Part shown: positions 12,317-24,110 of the stretch, in pieces
Layout: each line of letters opens with the position of its first letter
How positions within the stretch are numbered: the first letter of the stretch is position 1
Assembly (NCBI RefSeq): GCF_018350175.1
Contig: NC_058381.1
Coordinates: 40,796,001-40,860,000 of the forward strand
From: Felis catus
Taxonomy: Eukaryota
Direction of reading: 5' to 3'
DNA length: 64,000 nt
Translations under genes and position numbers: made by a program
The notes under the pieces: model-generated
What the model was told of the DNA's origin: nothing
Databases searched by the model: none
What the model saw: only the letters and a program-made list of their open reading frames with translations

Positions 12317-13475
12317 GAAGTATCTGTATTTTTTAAAAGCGCTGTAGGTGCTCCCCCCCTGGCACAAACTGGCAGGTGACATATTCTGCCTGGATATTGA
12401 TCCTGCCTTCCAGAGGCACATGAGCAGGCACACAAGGCACTTTTTATGGCCTCCGTTGCCTCGTGGTATTATCCCTGGCCCCACTGGCTGATCACATGAA
12501 CAAAGGTGTTGACCTTCCAAGACAATAAAGACACGGAGGAAGCTGATTTTGCCGCAAAGGGCACGCGAAGACATGGGCGTGTTTAGGACAGGCAAAGGCC
12601 ACGCCCAGAACCCCAGGAAGCTTTATACCCTCCCCTCCCAAGACTGGGAAGCTGAGGATGCACCCAGGCAGGTGGAAAAGGTGAATTCCCACACTGAGCT
12701 GGCCTGCCAGCTGGGGGAGGGAATCTCGCTGTGGGAATCCTCTGAACCAGAGGCAAGAATTACCCACGGGTACGGGCAGGTAATGGAATTATAACCAAAA
12801 ATGCCATAGCAAAAATCTTCTTTCAGATAAAAATCAAATTCTCTTTAAGAGCTAAAGTTGTAGTCAGAGTTTCTTGTAAGATACAGAATGGGCCAAAAGA
12901 TTTTTTTTTTTTAAACCAGTTTCTCCAACACCAGGAAAAACACACCAGTAGGATGGATTTCCTCCTGGATATTTTCACCAAGCTGCTAAAATGGGCAGAG
13001 CTTCAGACCCATGGCAAACGACTCACCTTGACGTGACTGCTCCCCTTACGCTCCAAGTCAGAACCTTGGTTTGTTCAGAGGCTATGGAGTATAAGCACCA
13101 TCTCCAATCTCATTATCTTCATAGGAAATGGAAGAGATCACAAGGACTGGGGGGCACCTGACACTTTCCCCCACAATGTACATGAAAGGGCAGAGGGACC
13201 CAAGCTCCTAAATATATGCCCAGCCAGTTCTGGAGCCAAGGGCGGGAGAGAGAGAGAAACAGCAAAATACTAGACTTACTCTGGCTTTTCTCTGCTCTGG
13301 ACACTAGAAGGTCAGTGGGTACCAAACTTTTTTTTTATCAGAATCACCAGGGCATTTAGAAATAACCCTGACCAACTGAATTAAAATTTCTAAAAGTAGA
13401 GTCCAGAAAATGTTTTTAAAGTAAGTTCCCCCAGTGATTCTAGGCAGCCGATTTAAGCACAAGAGCTACAGCTGA

Positions 13476-13665
13476 GGGCACCTGGGTGGCTCAGTCGGTC
13501 GATTGTTGGACTTCGGCTCAGGTCATGATCTTGCAGTTCACGAGTTCGAGCCCCACATCGGACTCTGTGCTCTTCAGCATGGGGCCTGTGCTTTAGGTCT
13601 TCTGTCTCCCTCTCTCTCTGCCCCTCTCTCTCTCTGCACGCCCTCTCAAAAATAAATAAACATTA
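13476..13665 (+). mobile_element. SINEC with 15-bp TSD
   Basis: TSD AAGAGCTACAGCTGA (13461-13475) / AAGAGCTATAGCTGA (13666-13680). Confidence 0.9.
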
Positions 13666-14539
13666 AAGAGCTATAGCTGATACAGGAAGGAGGGAGGAAT
13701 GCCGGAGACAGAAAGGCACCCTTCCAGATCAGTGCCATGGACAACACAGGTGGATCAGACCGTGGGTGGGGACTGATTCCTGGCTTCATGCAACTACTGA
13801 AGCCTCTAAGATGCCAGATGCTGCTGCCCTTCACCCTAGCCTCCACTAGATATGTCTCTTCTCTAACCGTGAAGTCACCCACTTCATGCTTTTTGTCCTT
13901 CCTGGTAAAAGAGTGAGCAATTCCAGCTGATGGGCGTCTCTCACACTTCCTGTTTGCTTCAGAGACTTCCTCTAGCTGACAGTCCTGGCACAGCCTGGAC
14001 AGTGAGCTGATTAGGGAAACCAATCAGACTCCGTTGACCAGAGGCTGAGAAGGGCTCACTCAAGGTTAGCCCCTGGGGGGGGAAGGACGGAGAACCAAGT
14101 GACCCTGCCCAGGGCCCCCTAAAAGGTGGTCCTGGCCAGTGACTCTTCAGCTATACCCTAGATGAAAGCATTCCTGAAGATCTAACATCACAAGAGCCGG
14201 GCGAGAAACGATGAGAGCAGAAGCAATGTGTTAGCCTGCAGAGAATGAAAAGTGGGGCGCAGGAGAAGAGGTAGTTAGGTTCAAAGGTGAAGCTAGAAGA
14301 CACTAAAAAGCTCAAGTCAGCCAGGGAGACGATTTACCCACAGGCTCCAGAACACAGGCCTTCCTCAAAGGGGAAAATCACCACTACCAGCACACAGGAC
14401 CAGAGGGCAGACTCACAGAAGGACTACCGGGCCTCTGACTGGCTGCAGACTCAGAAGGAAGAAAAATCTGAAGCAACACAAGCCATGAGCCACATGAGGT
14501 ACCCGCTCACCATTCCCCAGCACAGCTCACAGATTGGTT

Positions 14540-14740
14540 CAGTTAGAGCCTGGCTCCACCGTTTACTAGCCGAGTGACCTTGGCCAAGTCAGACAGGCAA
14601 CTACTGTCAGCTTCAGTCTCTTATCTATAAAACGGTATTGTTTAATACCAATCGCATGGGGTTGTTGTCAAGGTTAAATGAAACAATGCATAGTTCGAAT
14701 AACACAGTATTAGGCCGAGGGCGAGGCTCTAGCAAATGAC
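14540..14740. mobile_element. MIR SINE remnant. Similar MIR-like remnants at ~19165-19370, 24650-24850, 32255-32460, 36160-36300, 39690-39810, 40760-40940, 45040-45235, 47430-47610, 54790-54900, 56560-56700
   Basis: MIR core motifs GTGACCTTGGCCAAGTC...CTTCAGTCTCTTATCTATAAAA...GGGTTGTTGT. Confidence 0.65.
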
Positions 14741-15408
14741 AGGTTTCTTACAGTACTAAGGGCCTAACTAACTAGTTTTGACTCATTGGTTGCCAAAGCT
14801 CAAGGTCCTTGAAGACCTCATCCTCCTCTTTCCAATTACAGAGGAAATGAAGTTGAGGTGAGGTGGCCTGCCTGCAGTCAGTCAGGTGGTGGCAGAACCC
14901 AAGCCCAGGACTTGTAATTCTAGCAGGGCTTCCTCGTCACAGATAGAAAACCCGAGAATATTAACAGTGTCATCACAGCCACTACAAATAACAGGGGTTC
15001 TATGTACAAATAACAGCCTTCTATGTAGGCTTTAATGGAATATGGCTTTTAACAATGGAAAAATGAGTTTGTATCAAACTGTAAAAAAAAAAAAATACTG
15101 CTAGACAGGAATATTTTATATCTTGATTTGGGAGGTAGACACACAGATGTACACAAATGTAAAAATCTATCAAGCTGTCCAAGTGAGATGTATAAATCTT
15201 ACTACGTGTAAGTTACACGTCAATACAGAATGTTTCCGGAATCCAATTTTGCATACAACAGTGAGAAAGTAAAGCTTACAAATGCTATGAAACCATTCTA
15301 GCTTCCCTGTATAGTAGATATTTTCTGCCTCCTCTTTAGTATAACAAAATTCAGAATAATAAAGACAATCAAAAAGATGGATGCCTGAATTAGAAGAGGA
15401 CTAAAACA

Positions 15409-15521
15409 GGGGAGCCTGGCTGCCTCAGTCAGAGGAGCACGTGACTCTTGATCTCAGGGTTGGGAGTTTGAGCCCCATGCTGGGTGTGGAGATTGCTTAA
15501 AAAAAAAAAAAAAAAAAAAAA
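15409..15521 (+). mobile_element. Short SINEC variant (no CT region) with poly-A tail
   Basis: GGGGAGCCTGGCTGCCTCAGTCAG...GGAGATTGCTT followed by a long A run. Confidence 0.8.
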
Positions 15522-15524
15522 TAG

Positions 15525-15746
15525 AGGGGGTGTCTGGGTGGCTCAGACAGTTAAACGTCCGATTCTTGGTTTTGACTCAGGTCATGATCTCACAATTCAT
15601 GAGTTCAAGCCCCGCATCTGGCTCTGTGCTGACTGTGCAGAGCCTGCTTGGGATTTTCTCTCTCTCCCTCTCTCTCTGCCCCTCCCCAACGAAAGCATGT
15701 GCTCATGCTCTCTCTCTCAAAATAAATAAACATAAAAAAAAAAAAA
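15525..15746 (+). mobile_element. SINEC inserted in the tail of the preceding SINE
   Basis: Standard head, CT region and AATAAA tail; AAAATAGAGGG on both sides. Confidence 0.85.
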
Positions 15747-17683
15747 TAGAGGGCAGAGAAAGAACAAATCTCTCTCAAAATAAATAAACGTAAAAAAAAA
15801 GTAGAGGGCAGAGAAAGAACAAAAGTACCCAGCTAACAAGGCGCAAGCTAATAGGATTCAATACAAATAGGACTGCTACACACATACTAAGAATATATTT
15901 GTACTTAACTGTGGGCTGAAGAATTTTAAAGTTGCTTAAAGCTTCATAATAAAAAGGGAAGGTGACATTTATGTCTTTTCAGTGAGCAGAAAGGTTACCA
16001 CAGTGACGCTGTGCACTCTCCAATCAGTCCAGAGGGAGTCTGCAGAGTCTGCAGGGTTTAGGGGGTGCAGGCTGGGGGATGGAATCAAAGAGAGGGGCAT
16101 CTTCCCGTGTGACCAGTACTATGGGATTGCAACACAGAGGACCTGTGTCCCACCTGGAGGATAACAGAGGAATCTTGGCCCTGGAAGCCAGAGGCTTAGA
16201 AGGCCAGGTTGAGATTTGGGGAGAACGCTGATGGGGTGTGTCAGGCCAGGGCTGGGGCCCCTCATCCCACCACAAAGTAGGGGATTCAGGATCAGGAGAG
16301 CTGGCAGCAGGGGAGGAAGGGGTGCTGCGTTTACACAGTCACAGTAAGAGGACTGCCTTTCCAGGGGGAAGGGAAGGAAAGCATCCCAGAGAGCTGCCCA
16401 GGGTGAGCTGCGCCCCCTACCACTGCAAGATGCCCTTGAATCTGCCCGAGCCCTTAATCCATCTCCCTTAACTGGGATCAGTTTCAGCTCCCTCCCCTTT
16501 CAACGAGAACTCTGCTGGGGCTGGCTGCCTGGACTTCCCCACCACAACGGGGCCCTGACACTGTCCACAGGGGCTCCTGCTGGAGCCACTAACAGCACTA
16601 ACACCTGCAAAAGGGGCCAGGGTGCAGGAGCTCCAGGAGTCTGAAACCCTAGAGGCACATGACCGAGCGGTCCATTCCACTCTCCAGGCAGAACCGGGCT
16701 CCACAGCCCTTTCTCCTGGGCAGGAAGATGCCAAGGTGAGTGAGGCGGAAGCCACCCTTGAGGGACAGATCCCCAGCTTCCTAGAGCCCTGCCCCATTAA
16801 GAACATCAAGAACGCCTTCCCTGAGCTTCGCGCTGCTTTCTTGGCTCTCGACAACAGACGATCCTGAGAAGCTGACAGAAGCAGACTCGGCGCTAACTTT
16901 CAGGGAGAGGATGGAAACCTCCAGCCCCTGTGCCTATAGGGAGGATGACTGATGGGGGCCGGGCCGGTGGGGGGAACATCACATATCTGCTGACACAGCT
17001 TGGTCACTGTGGGCTGCCTGTACTGTCCACAGAAGGGTCCCAGGAGTCATGGGTAGCTCTGAGAACCTCATTCACTGGTCGTGCTGGCCAACAGAGCCAG
17101 ATGTTCGGGCGGCAGGTAGTGAGGAAGGCCAGACAGACAGGGGACCACCTGCGGCTGCACCAGGCAAAACTCGTCCTGTCTCCTGACTCTAAGAGGCACT
17201 AGGGGCCCTAGGTGCTGATACTGACACTCCTAAGAGACTATTCTCCCTAAGAGGACCCAATCTCCCGACTCAGCACACCCCAGTCGGCAGGGTTGCGGTG
17301 GACCCTCTGGCCCCAACGGGGCAGCTAAGAAGTCTCAAGCAAAAGCTGGATTGAAGTTTGGTACCTTCTGCGACACAAATCCACACGCAGCTAGCTACAA
17401 GATGTGGTGGGAACAGGACTGAAGCAGAGCAGTGGCTCACGGGCCACCACCCAGCTCTTCACTTGCTAGTGCCAGAGAGAGGATGCGAAGAGAGCCGGCC
17501 AAGGCACAGGTTCTTCCCTGCTGTGATCCCAGGACAGAGTGCGAGTTACATCAAAGCCAGTGAGTTCAGACATGGGAGCCCTGCTGACCCACGAGCCTCA
17601 CAACTACCCTGTATTTGTTCTGCTGATGCAGTTACTTAATTAATCAATTAATTAATTTACTTACTTATTAATTATTTTAAAAA

Positions 17684-17872
17684 ATTTTTTTAGTGTTTAT
17701 TTTTGAGATTGAGCAGGGGAGGGGCAGAGACAGAGGGAGACACAGACCCGAAGTAGGCTCCAGGCTCCAAGCTGTCCGCACAGAGCCTGACACGGGGCTC
17801 AAACTCACGAACCATGAGATCATGACCTGAACCAAAGTTGGATGCTTAACTGACTGAGCCACCCAGGCGCCC
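17684..17872 (-). mobile_element. SINEC
   Basis: Reverse-complement SINEC head and tail. Confidence 0.9.
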
Positions 17873-18414
17873 TCACGCAGTAACTATTTACTTAGGACAG
17901 TTCTAGCTGGGATCTCAGCAACGCAGAGCCCGTCTTCCCCTCTGGCTCTGGAGGGTCTCTGCGGGGACCAGGAGCACCAGCCGGGCCAGCTGCCACTTCT
18001 GCTCCTGCCACATGCCCAGAAAGATGCCAAGAACCTCTGCTGAATGTCAGGGTCATCAGCCACACCTGTTTGTTGGGCTACTCATACCAACAAGTGACCA
18101 GCAACTGACATCCCTCACAAACCCTTCCTGTCTTTACCAAAAAAATGAAAACAAAAGAAAGCCAAGTGAATTCACTGCCCTCAGCTCCTAAATAGAGAGC
18201 AGAGGGCAGAGACCGTGTTTGAGAAGTGAATGGGGAAAAGAGAATCAGGTATCAGACACCAGCAAACCAAATTCCTCTTGCTCAGACACCACATACACTG
18301 TGGTTCAGAGGCCGCCCAACTAACAAGAAACAAGGTCAAAGTTCCCACTGTGAGATCTGAGGGACGAAGGCAACTCTCAAGAGCCTGGATACAAAGCACA
18401 GTATTTTAGGCAGG

Positions 18415-18446
18415 TTTTTTCTTTCTTTTTTTAAACGTTTATTATT

Positions 18447-18481
<35 letters not shown>

Positions 18482-18634
18482 AGGAGAGGGGCAGAAAGAG
18501 GTGGGGTAGAGAGGATCCCAAGCAGGCTCTGTGTTGACGGGAGGAAGCCTGATGCGAGGCTCAAACTCAGGAACCCGAGATCATGACCTGAGCCGAAGTC
18601 AGACACTCAACCCACTGAGCCACCCAGGCGCCCC
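18415..18634 (-). mobile_element. SINEC with (GA)n
   Basis: Reverse-complement SINEC; (GA)n at ~18449-18480. Confidence 0.9.
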
Positions 18635-19528
18635 TGACTTTTTCTTCCTTAATCTTTGCTGAACAAAATGCAGAAAGAGTGCCAGGTGAAGAAACCAAGC
18701 AATGAATGAGTCTAAACAAGTTTCAATGAATGAGTCCTACTTCTACTTCCATGGCCCCAAATTATCATAAGACTGGTACAGGTGGCAAGAGGTTGGAGAA
18801 CTTGGGGGCTTGAGATGAGGAGTGAAGAGGGTAGAGAAATTAAGGGCATTGTTACAGATGAAAAGGAGCACACAACAACATTCTCCAAGGCTGCACTACG
18901 GGTTTCCTTTGTTTTAACAGCACATGATATCAAGCCAGACACACAGTAGGTGCTCGTAAACAGAGTCTGCAATACACACACAGTAGGTGGTGAACGGAGC
19001 TGCAATACAGACCTGGTTGGGTCTGGCAAGTGATGCGGCAGTCGAAGGCTTAAATCCACATCCACCTGCCAGGCTGCTCACACCCCATCACAAGCCACAG
19101 CCCAGCCCAGCCAAGGAACCTCTTTACTACCTCAGACAGGACCTCTTAGGTTCCTTCTGCATAGGGGCTAAGAGCACAAGTCTTGGAGTCAGACCAACTC
19201 CAGTTCAAGTCCTGGAGCCACCACGTACTGGGGTGACCTGGTGTTGTCACTGGACCCATTTTCCGATACATAAGATAGAAAGACTAACGCCCATCTCCCA
19301 AGGCTGCTGGGAAGAGGATACACGTGAGACTTGGCAGAGGGCCTGGCTCCGAGCAAGCCCTTCATAAATGTTCCTGGGGCGGGGAAGCCCCGACCCTGGA
19401 GGTCCCTACGAAGGAAGGAGATCCTCAATCAGTATGTTCACTCCCTGTTCACACGTTCCTTCTGCTTGCAGTCTCCTTGGACCCCATTCTTCAATGTCCC
19501 TCATTTGGAGAGAATGCTGAACACATCG

Positions 19529-19885
19529 ACTACGGTCTGCAAGTCTGTGCCCCCCCCCACCCCCCCCCCCACCGCCGCATTCATACGTTGAAATCCTAAC
19601 CCCAATGTGATGGTATCTGGAGGTGATTAAGCCATGCGGGCAGCACGCTCATGATTGGGATTAGTGCCCTTTTAAAGGAGGCTCCAGAGAGCTCCCTTGC
19701 CCCTCCCGCCATGTGAGGACATGGAGAGAAGCTGGCCTGGAAGAGGGCCTTCACCACAGCCCGACCATGCTGGCTGCCCCTCTAATCTTGGACTTCCGGC
19801 CTCTAGAACTGTGAGAAATAAATGTCCTTGTTTATAAGCCGGGTAGTCTGTGGCATTTGGGTATGGCAGCCTGAACAGACTAAGA
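19529..19885 (+). mobile_element. MaLR (MLT1A/MST-like) solo LTR
   Basis: ATTCATACGTTGAAATCCTAACCCC...GGATTAGTGCCCTT...GCCATGTGAGGAC...CTAGAACTGTGAGAAATAAATG...GCAGCCTGAACAGACTAAGAC, typical MaLR LTR motifs. Confidence 0.8.
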
Positions 19886-21159
19886 CGGCGACTTTTAACA
19901 GTGTCCTAGAAAAAGGACCAGTTCACCCTTGATGTCCTGTGTCTTGTCAATAACCCTCACCCTGTATTCTCTGGAGACTGGCTTCCAAAGCCACAAGAAT
20001 GGAGAGGGGACCACCACTATCTGGAAAAATCAGCAGGGTTGAACCCTCAAACAGGTAAACAATAACCCCTTAAAAAAAAAAAGAAAAGAAAGAAAAAGCC
20101 CCACAAGAGAAAGCATCTCAAAGCCCAATGCCCTTCCTTCCATTTCAAAGCCTCTTTCAGGAAAGGGAAGAAGTAGTTCAGTTGTGGAGGGGGGGAGGGG
20201 GCAGGACTAGGACAGCTGACAAAGAAACCAGAGTTCCTTTTAAAGAACCAGGCTGGAAATGCTAGAGGTTTGGAAATTGGCGTCATTAATCACCACAGCC
20301 TCTGAGCAGCTCAGAGAGCAATGTGATGACTAGGAGAGCAGCCAGGGTGAGGAAGGCCACCCACGCCCTCCCCCACTCCTGGGATGCTCTGACAGAGCCA
20401 CCTGAAGAGGACACACAGGCAGCTAGGAATAGAAGACTAGAGGCTTGTAAACCAACTCCTGTTAAGATCCCAAGTTAGTGTTGCCAGAAGGGCTCAAGTT
20501 ACACATCTTCAGAGGGCTGACAGTACAACAGAAGGATTTAAGCTATTCAATGATTCAGGATCACAGCTCAAAGTGACAGCCCGCCCTGGGCCTGCCTAGA
20601 GCCACAAACCCTCCCAAAGGGGAGGTCTGTTCTTGAATGGCAGCAAAACAACACTGGCCCAGGCCACAGGGACTCCCTTCTAAGGCCGAGTTCTGGAAGG
20701 TCTGGCTGGAGCACTTGGCACCTGAAATAGAGGACAGTCATGTATCTTATCTTCCGAAATGGATAGTGAACTCCAGAGCAAACACCAAATCTGACCATTT
20801 GGGGATCAGTCGAGTTGCTGGATCAGTCAAAACATCAGGCAGGGGTACAAGAAGTATGAATGGGTGAGTTGAGAAGCAACAGCCTGCTCCTGGGGTCAAC
20901 TGCCAGGAGTCTCCCACACACATTTCCCAGGGGCACCTTCACCTTGTTGAACTCTGGTGTCTTCAGTGACTAACCAGCAAGACAAGAAACTAATCGAACC
21001 CAGCCACACAGGTCCATATCAACATACTTAGAGGAAACAGTTGCTAAAAAAAAAGGCAGTGGTCTTGAAGAGATAGCCGATTCTAGGACTGGGGCAGGAA
21101 ATATGCAAGGTGAGCCTGGAGCATCTAGTAGTGACGAAAAATAAAGAAGTGCTCAAAAA

Positions 21160-21366
21160 GGGCACCTGGGTGGCTCTGTGGTCAAGTGTCTGACTTCGGC
21201 TCCAGTCATGATCTCGAGGTTCATGAGTTCGAGCCCCGCATCTGGTTCCGTGCTGACAGCCCGGAGCCTGGAGCCTGCTTCGGATTCTGTGTCTCCCTCT
21301 CTCTCTGCCCCTCCCCGACTCCCGCTCTGTTTGTCTCTCTCAAAAATAAACATTAAAAAAAAAAAA
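21160..21366 (+). mobile_element. SINEC with TSD
   Basis: AAGTGCTCAAAAA on both flanks. Confidence 0.9.
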
Positions 21367-21540
21367 GTGCTCAAAAAATGAACCCCCCCACCCCAATGAT
21401 GGGGTGGGTCAAAGGGACCTGAGAGACCTCCCAGTGACCAGACCTGGAACAACGTGAGCAATAAAATAAAGTAGTACTGGATTACAAACCAAAATATAAA
21501 TATCCATGAGTCCATACTGTTATAAATAAATGAATAAATC

Positions 21541-21766
21541 GGGGCGCCTGGGTGGCTCAGTCGGTTAAGCATCCAACTCTTAATCTCAGCTCAGGTCATG
21601 ATCTCACGGTTTGTGGGATCGAGCCCTGCATCGGGCTCTGTGCTTAAGTGCAGAGACTGCTTGGGATTCTTCCTCTCCATTACTCTCTCTCTGCCCCTCT
21701 CCTGCTCACTCTCTCTCTCTCTCTCTCTCTCTCAAAATAAGTAAATTAATTAAATTTTAAAAAAAG
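21541..21766 (+). mobile_element. SINEC
   Basis: GGGGCGCCTGGGTGGCTCAGTCGGTTAAG head, CT-repeat, A-rich tail. Confidence 0.9.
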
Positions 21767-23910
21767 AATAAAGAACTGAGGGACAACAAACAAATCTCTC
21801 CTATTCAAGAATTCCAAATAATTCACGTAGATACACTGCCCTCGAGGAGAGAAGCATAGTCCCCCACTCAAGTGTGCGCTATACATAATGACCTCCTTCC
21901 AAAGGTCCTCCTTCCAAAGAGGACAGTACAGAAAGGGGAGGGGAGACAGCGACTTTCCAGTGGAGAGACCTGACGAACATCACCTCAGCCAGGTGACCAA
22001 GGCTGACATCAACAGAGATAAGTCACGTTAACTGCATGTACTCTTGATGTGTGATGAAAGCAGCACTTTACCTGTGTGGTCTTCCTTCCCCTGACTCAGA
22101 ACCCCAGTGTAATCATGAAGAAAACATTAGACGAATCCCCACCGAAAACACACTAAAAAATACCTGAGCAGTATTCCTCAAGATGGTCAAGCTCATCAAA
22201 AACAAGGAGAGCCTAAGAAACTGGCTCAGCCAAGAGGAGCCCAAGAAGACACGCCAACTAAATGCAATGTGGTGTCCGGATGGGATCTTGGAACAGAGAA
22301 AGGACCTCAGATAAAAGCAAAAGGAATCTGAGTGAGGTGCGGACCTTTCACGAATAATTACGTATCAAAATTGGTTCACTCAGTGTGACAAATGTGCAAT
22401 ATTGATGTAAGAGGTTAATAGCAGCAGAAAGTGAGCAGATGAGAAAACTGAAAGCTGTGCTACCTATGAAGTTTTTCTAAAACTATTCTGAAATAAAGTT
22501 AATTAAAAAAAAAAAAAAAAGGCAGTGGCTCATCTTGTGGCAAAATGAGATCCAAGGACACCAGTGACCATGAACTCATGTTCCTAAGACAAGTGAACTC
22601 TCCACGGAGCCACACTGAAGGGTGCGTGGGAAGAGGGGTGGCAGGAGCCGCATCAGTGGTCCCGAGGTGCCCCACCCCACAGGCACAGGGCCTGAGTTTG
22701 AAGGCCATGGGAGTAGGTCACAGAGGGAAGGCTGCTCTCACCACTCCTGTCCACACAGCTGCTGGTGCCACTTTCTTAAGATCTCCCCCCTTCACGAATG
22801 AGCCCATGCAGATGTGCAAAGCAGCAGCCCCGCGTCAGAGGTGAAGTCACCCCCAGTGATCTTGCTGAGTCCCAGCCTGCCATTGGTGCCACCTCGCCAC
22901 AAGCAGCCACCGAAGCACAGCTACTGGGTACACGTGCTGCAGAAGGTGGCCAGCGGAACTGTGGATGGCCAAAGCCATGGCCGCCTTTCCCCATGAAACC
23001 CTTCACTGGAAAGATTGGAGACTGGGAGACGGCAACCCTCTGGAAATTTAGTCTGTGACCTGTCCCCACCCCCATGTCATCTGCACTGTAACATTCATCC
23101 CATTCACCTGTTTGCTCTCCTGCGTGTGAGCAACTTGTTGGAGGACAGGCCAAAGATATGGGCCAGGCTTCGGGATCCACACTGCGTGAGCTCAGAAAGT
23201 GTGTGTTAAAAGACGTGGGCAGACATGTGCTTCAAGGGCACCTATGAATGTCTGCCCTCTTCTTTAACAACCCCAGCAGGGGGCCTTCCATGATGGGGAC
23301 CATGGGAGGCCTGGACACACAGATAAAACAGGACATGACCCCTCCAGGGCTCGGGCACTAGACAAGGCGTACTAAGACCAAAGTGCAGGGAGGGGAAAAG
23401 CCCTCAGCCTACTTAGAGGAAGGGAAGGCTTCACAGAGGAAGTGATGTTCCAACGGCCAACTGCGCTTTAAGAGGAAAAGTCAGGAAATGTGCCTCGGAG
23501 GCAGGTGAGGCGGAGAAGAGCCTTGGAGGCAAAGGGAGGAGCACACAGCCCAGAAATGGGACAAGAGGGGAATCCAAGCACAGACTCGATTCTGACCCGA
23601 CTGGGAGTTCCCCACCATAACGAGGGGATTAAACACAGTACCACCCTCCTGGGGTTGTCAGGAGGATTAAGGAGTCAGGACATATGAATGGCTAAGAAGA
23701 GCGTAGCAAAGCTCAAAAAGTTGCGTTTTTACTTGTATTATTATTCCAATATACAGGAGACGGGCTATTTAATCTGAGAACTACTCTCTTAAAATACCAG
23801 GCTATTAATGTGGAAGACTCCTTAAGATATATTCCAATTCTCTGCCATGACTCTTGGAAGCACTATTACCTGGACTTGGTGACATCCCAGTTTATAAATC
23901 CTACCCTACA

Positions 23911-24110
23911 GGGCGCCTCAGGTCATGATCTCAGGTCATGATCTCAGTTCAGGTCATGATCTCAAGGTTAGGAGTTGGATCCCTGCGTCAGGCTCTGTGT
24001 TGATGGCATGGAGCCTGCTTGTGATTCTCTCCCTCTCTGCCCCTCCCCCGCTCATGTTCTTTCTTTCTCTCTCTCTTTCTCAAAATAAATAAACTTAAAA
24101 AAAAAAAAAA
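23911..24110 (+). mobile_element. SINEC with rearranged 5' head
   Basis: TSD TTATAAATCCTACC; head contains three copies of CAGGTCATGATCT. Confidence 0.85.

Larger units (their letters stand above)
21040..22520 (+). mobile_element. Old L1M (L1MC/L1MD-like) 3' fragment interrupted by two SINEs
   Basis: Resembles L1M 3'-UTR blocks (CTAAATGCAATGTGG..GGATCTTGGAACAG..., ends CTATTCTGAAATAAAG plus poly-A). Confidence 0.6.

Noticed and set aside
13728-13748. RE1-like ATCAGTGCCATGGACAACAC
   Set aside because: Mismatches in both conserved half-sites, and it lies in a housekeeping gene intron.
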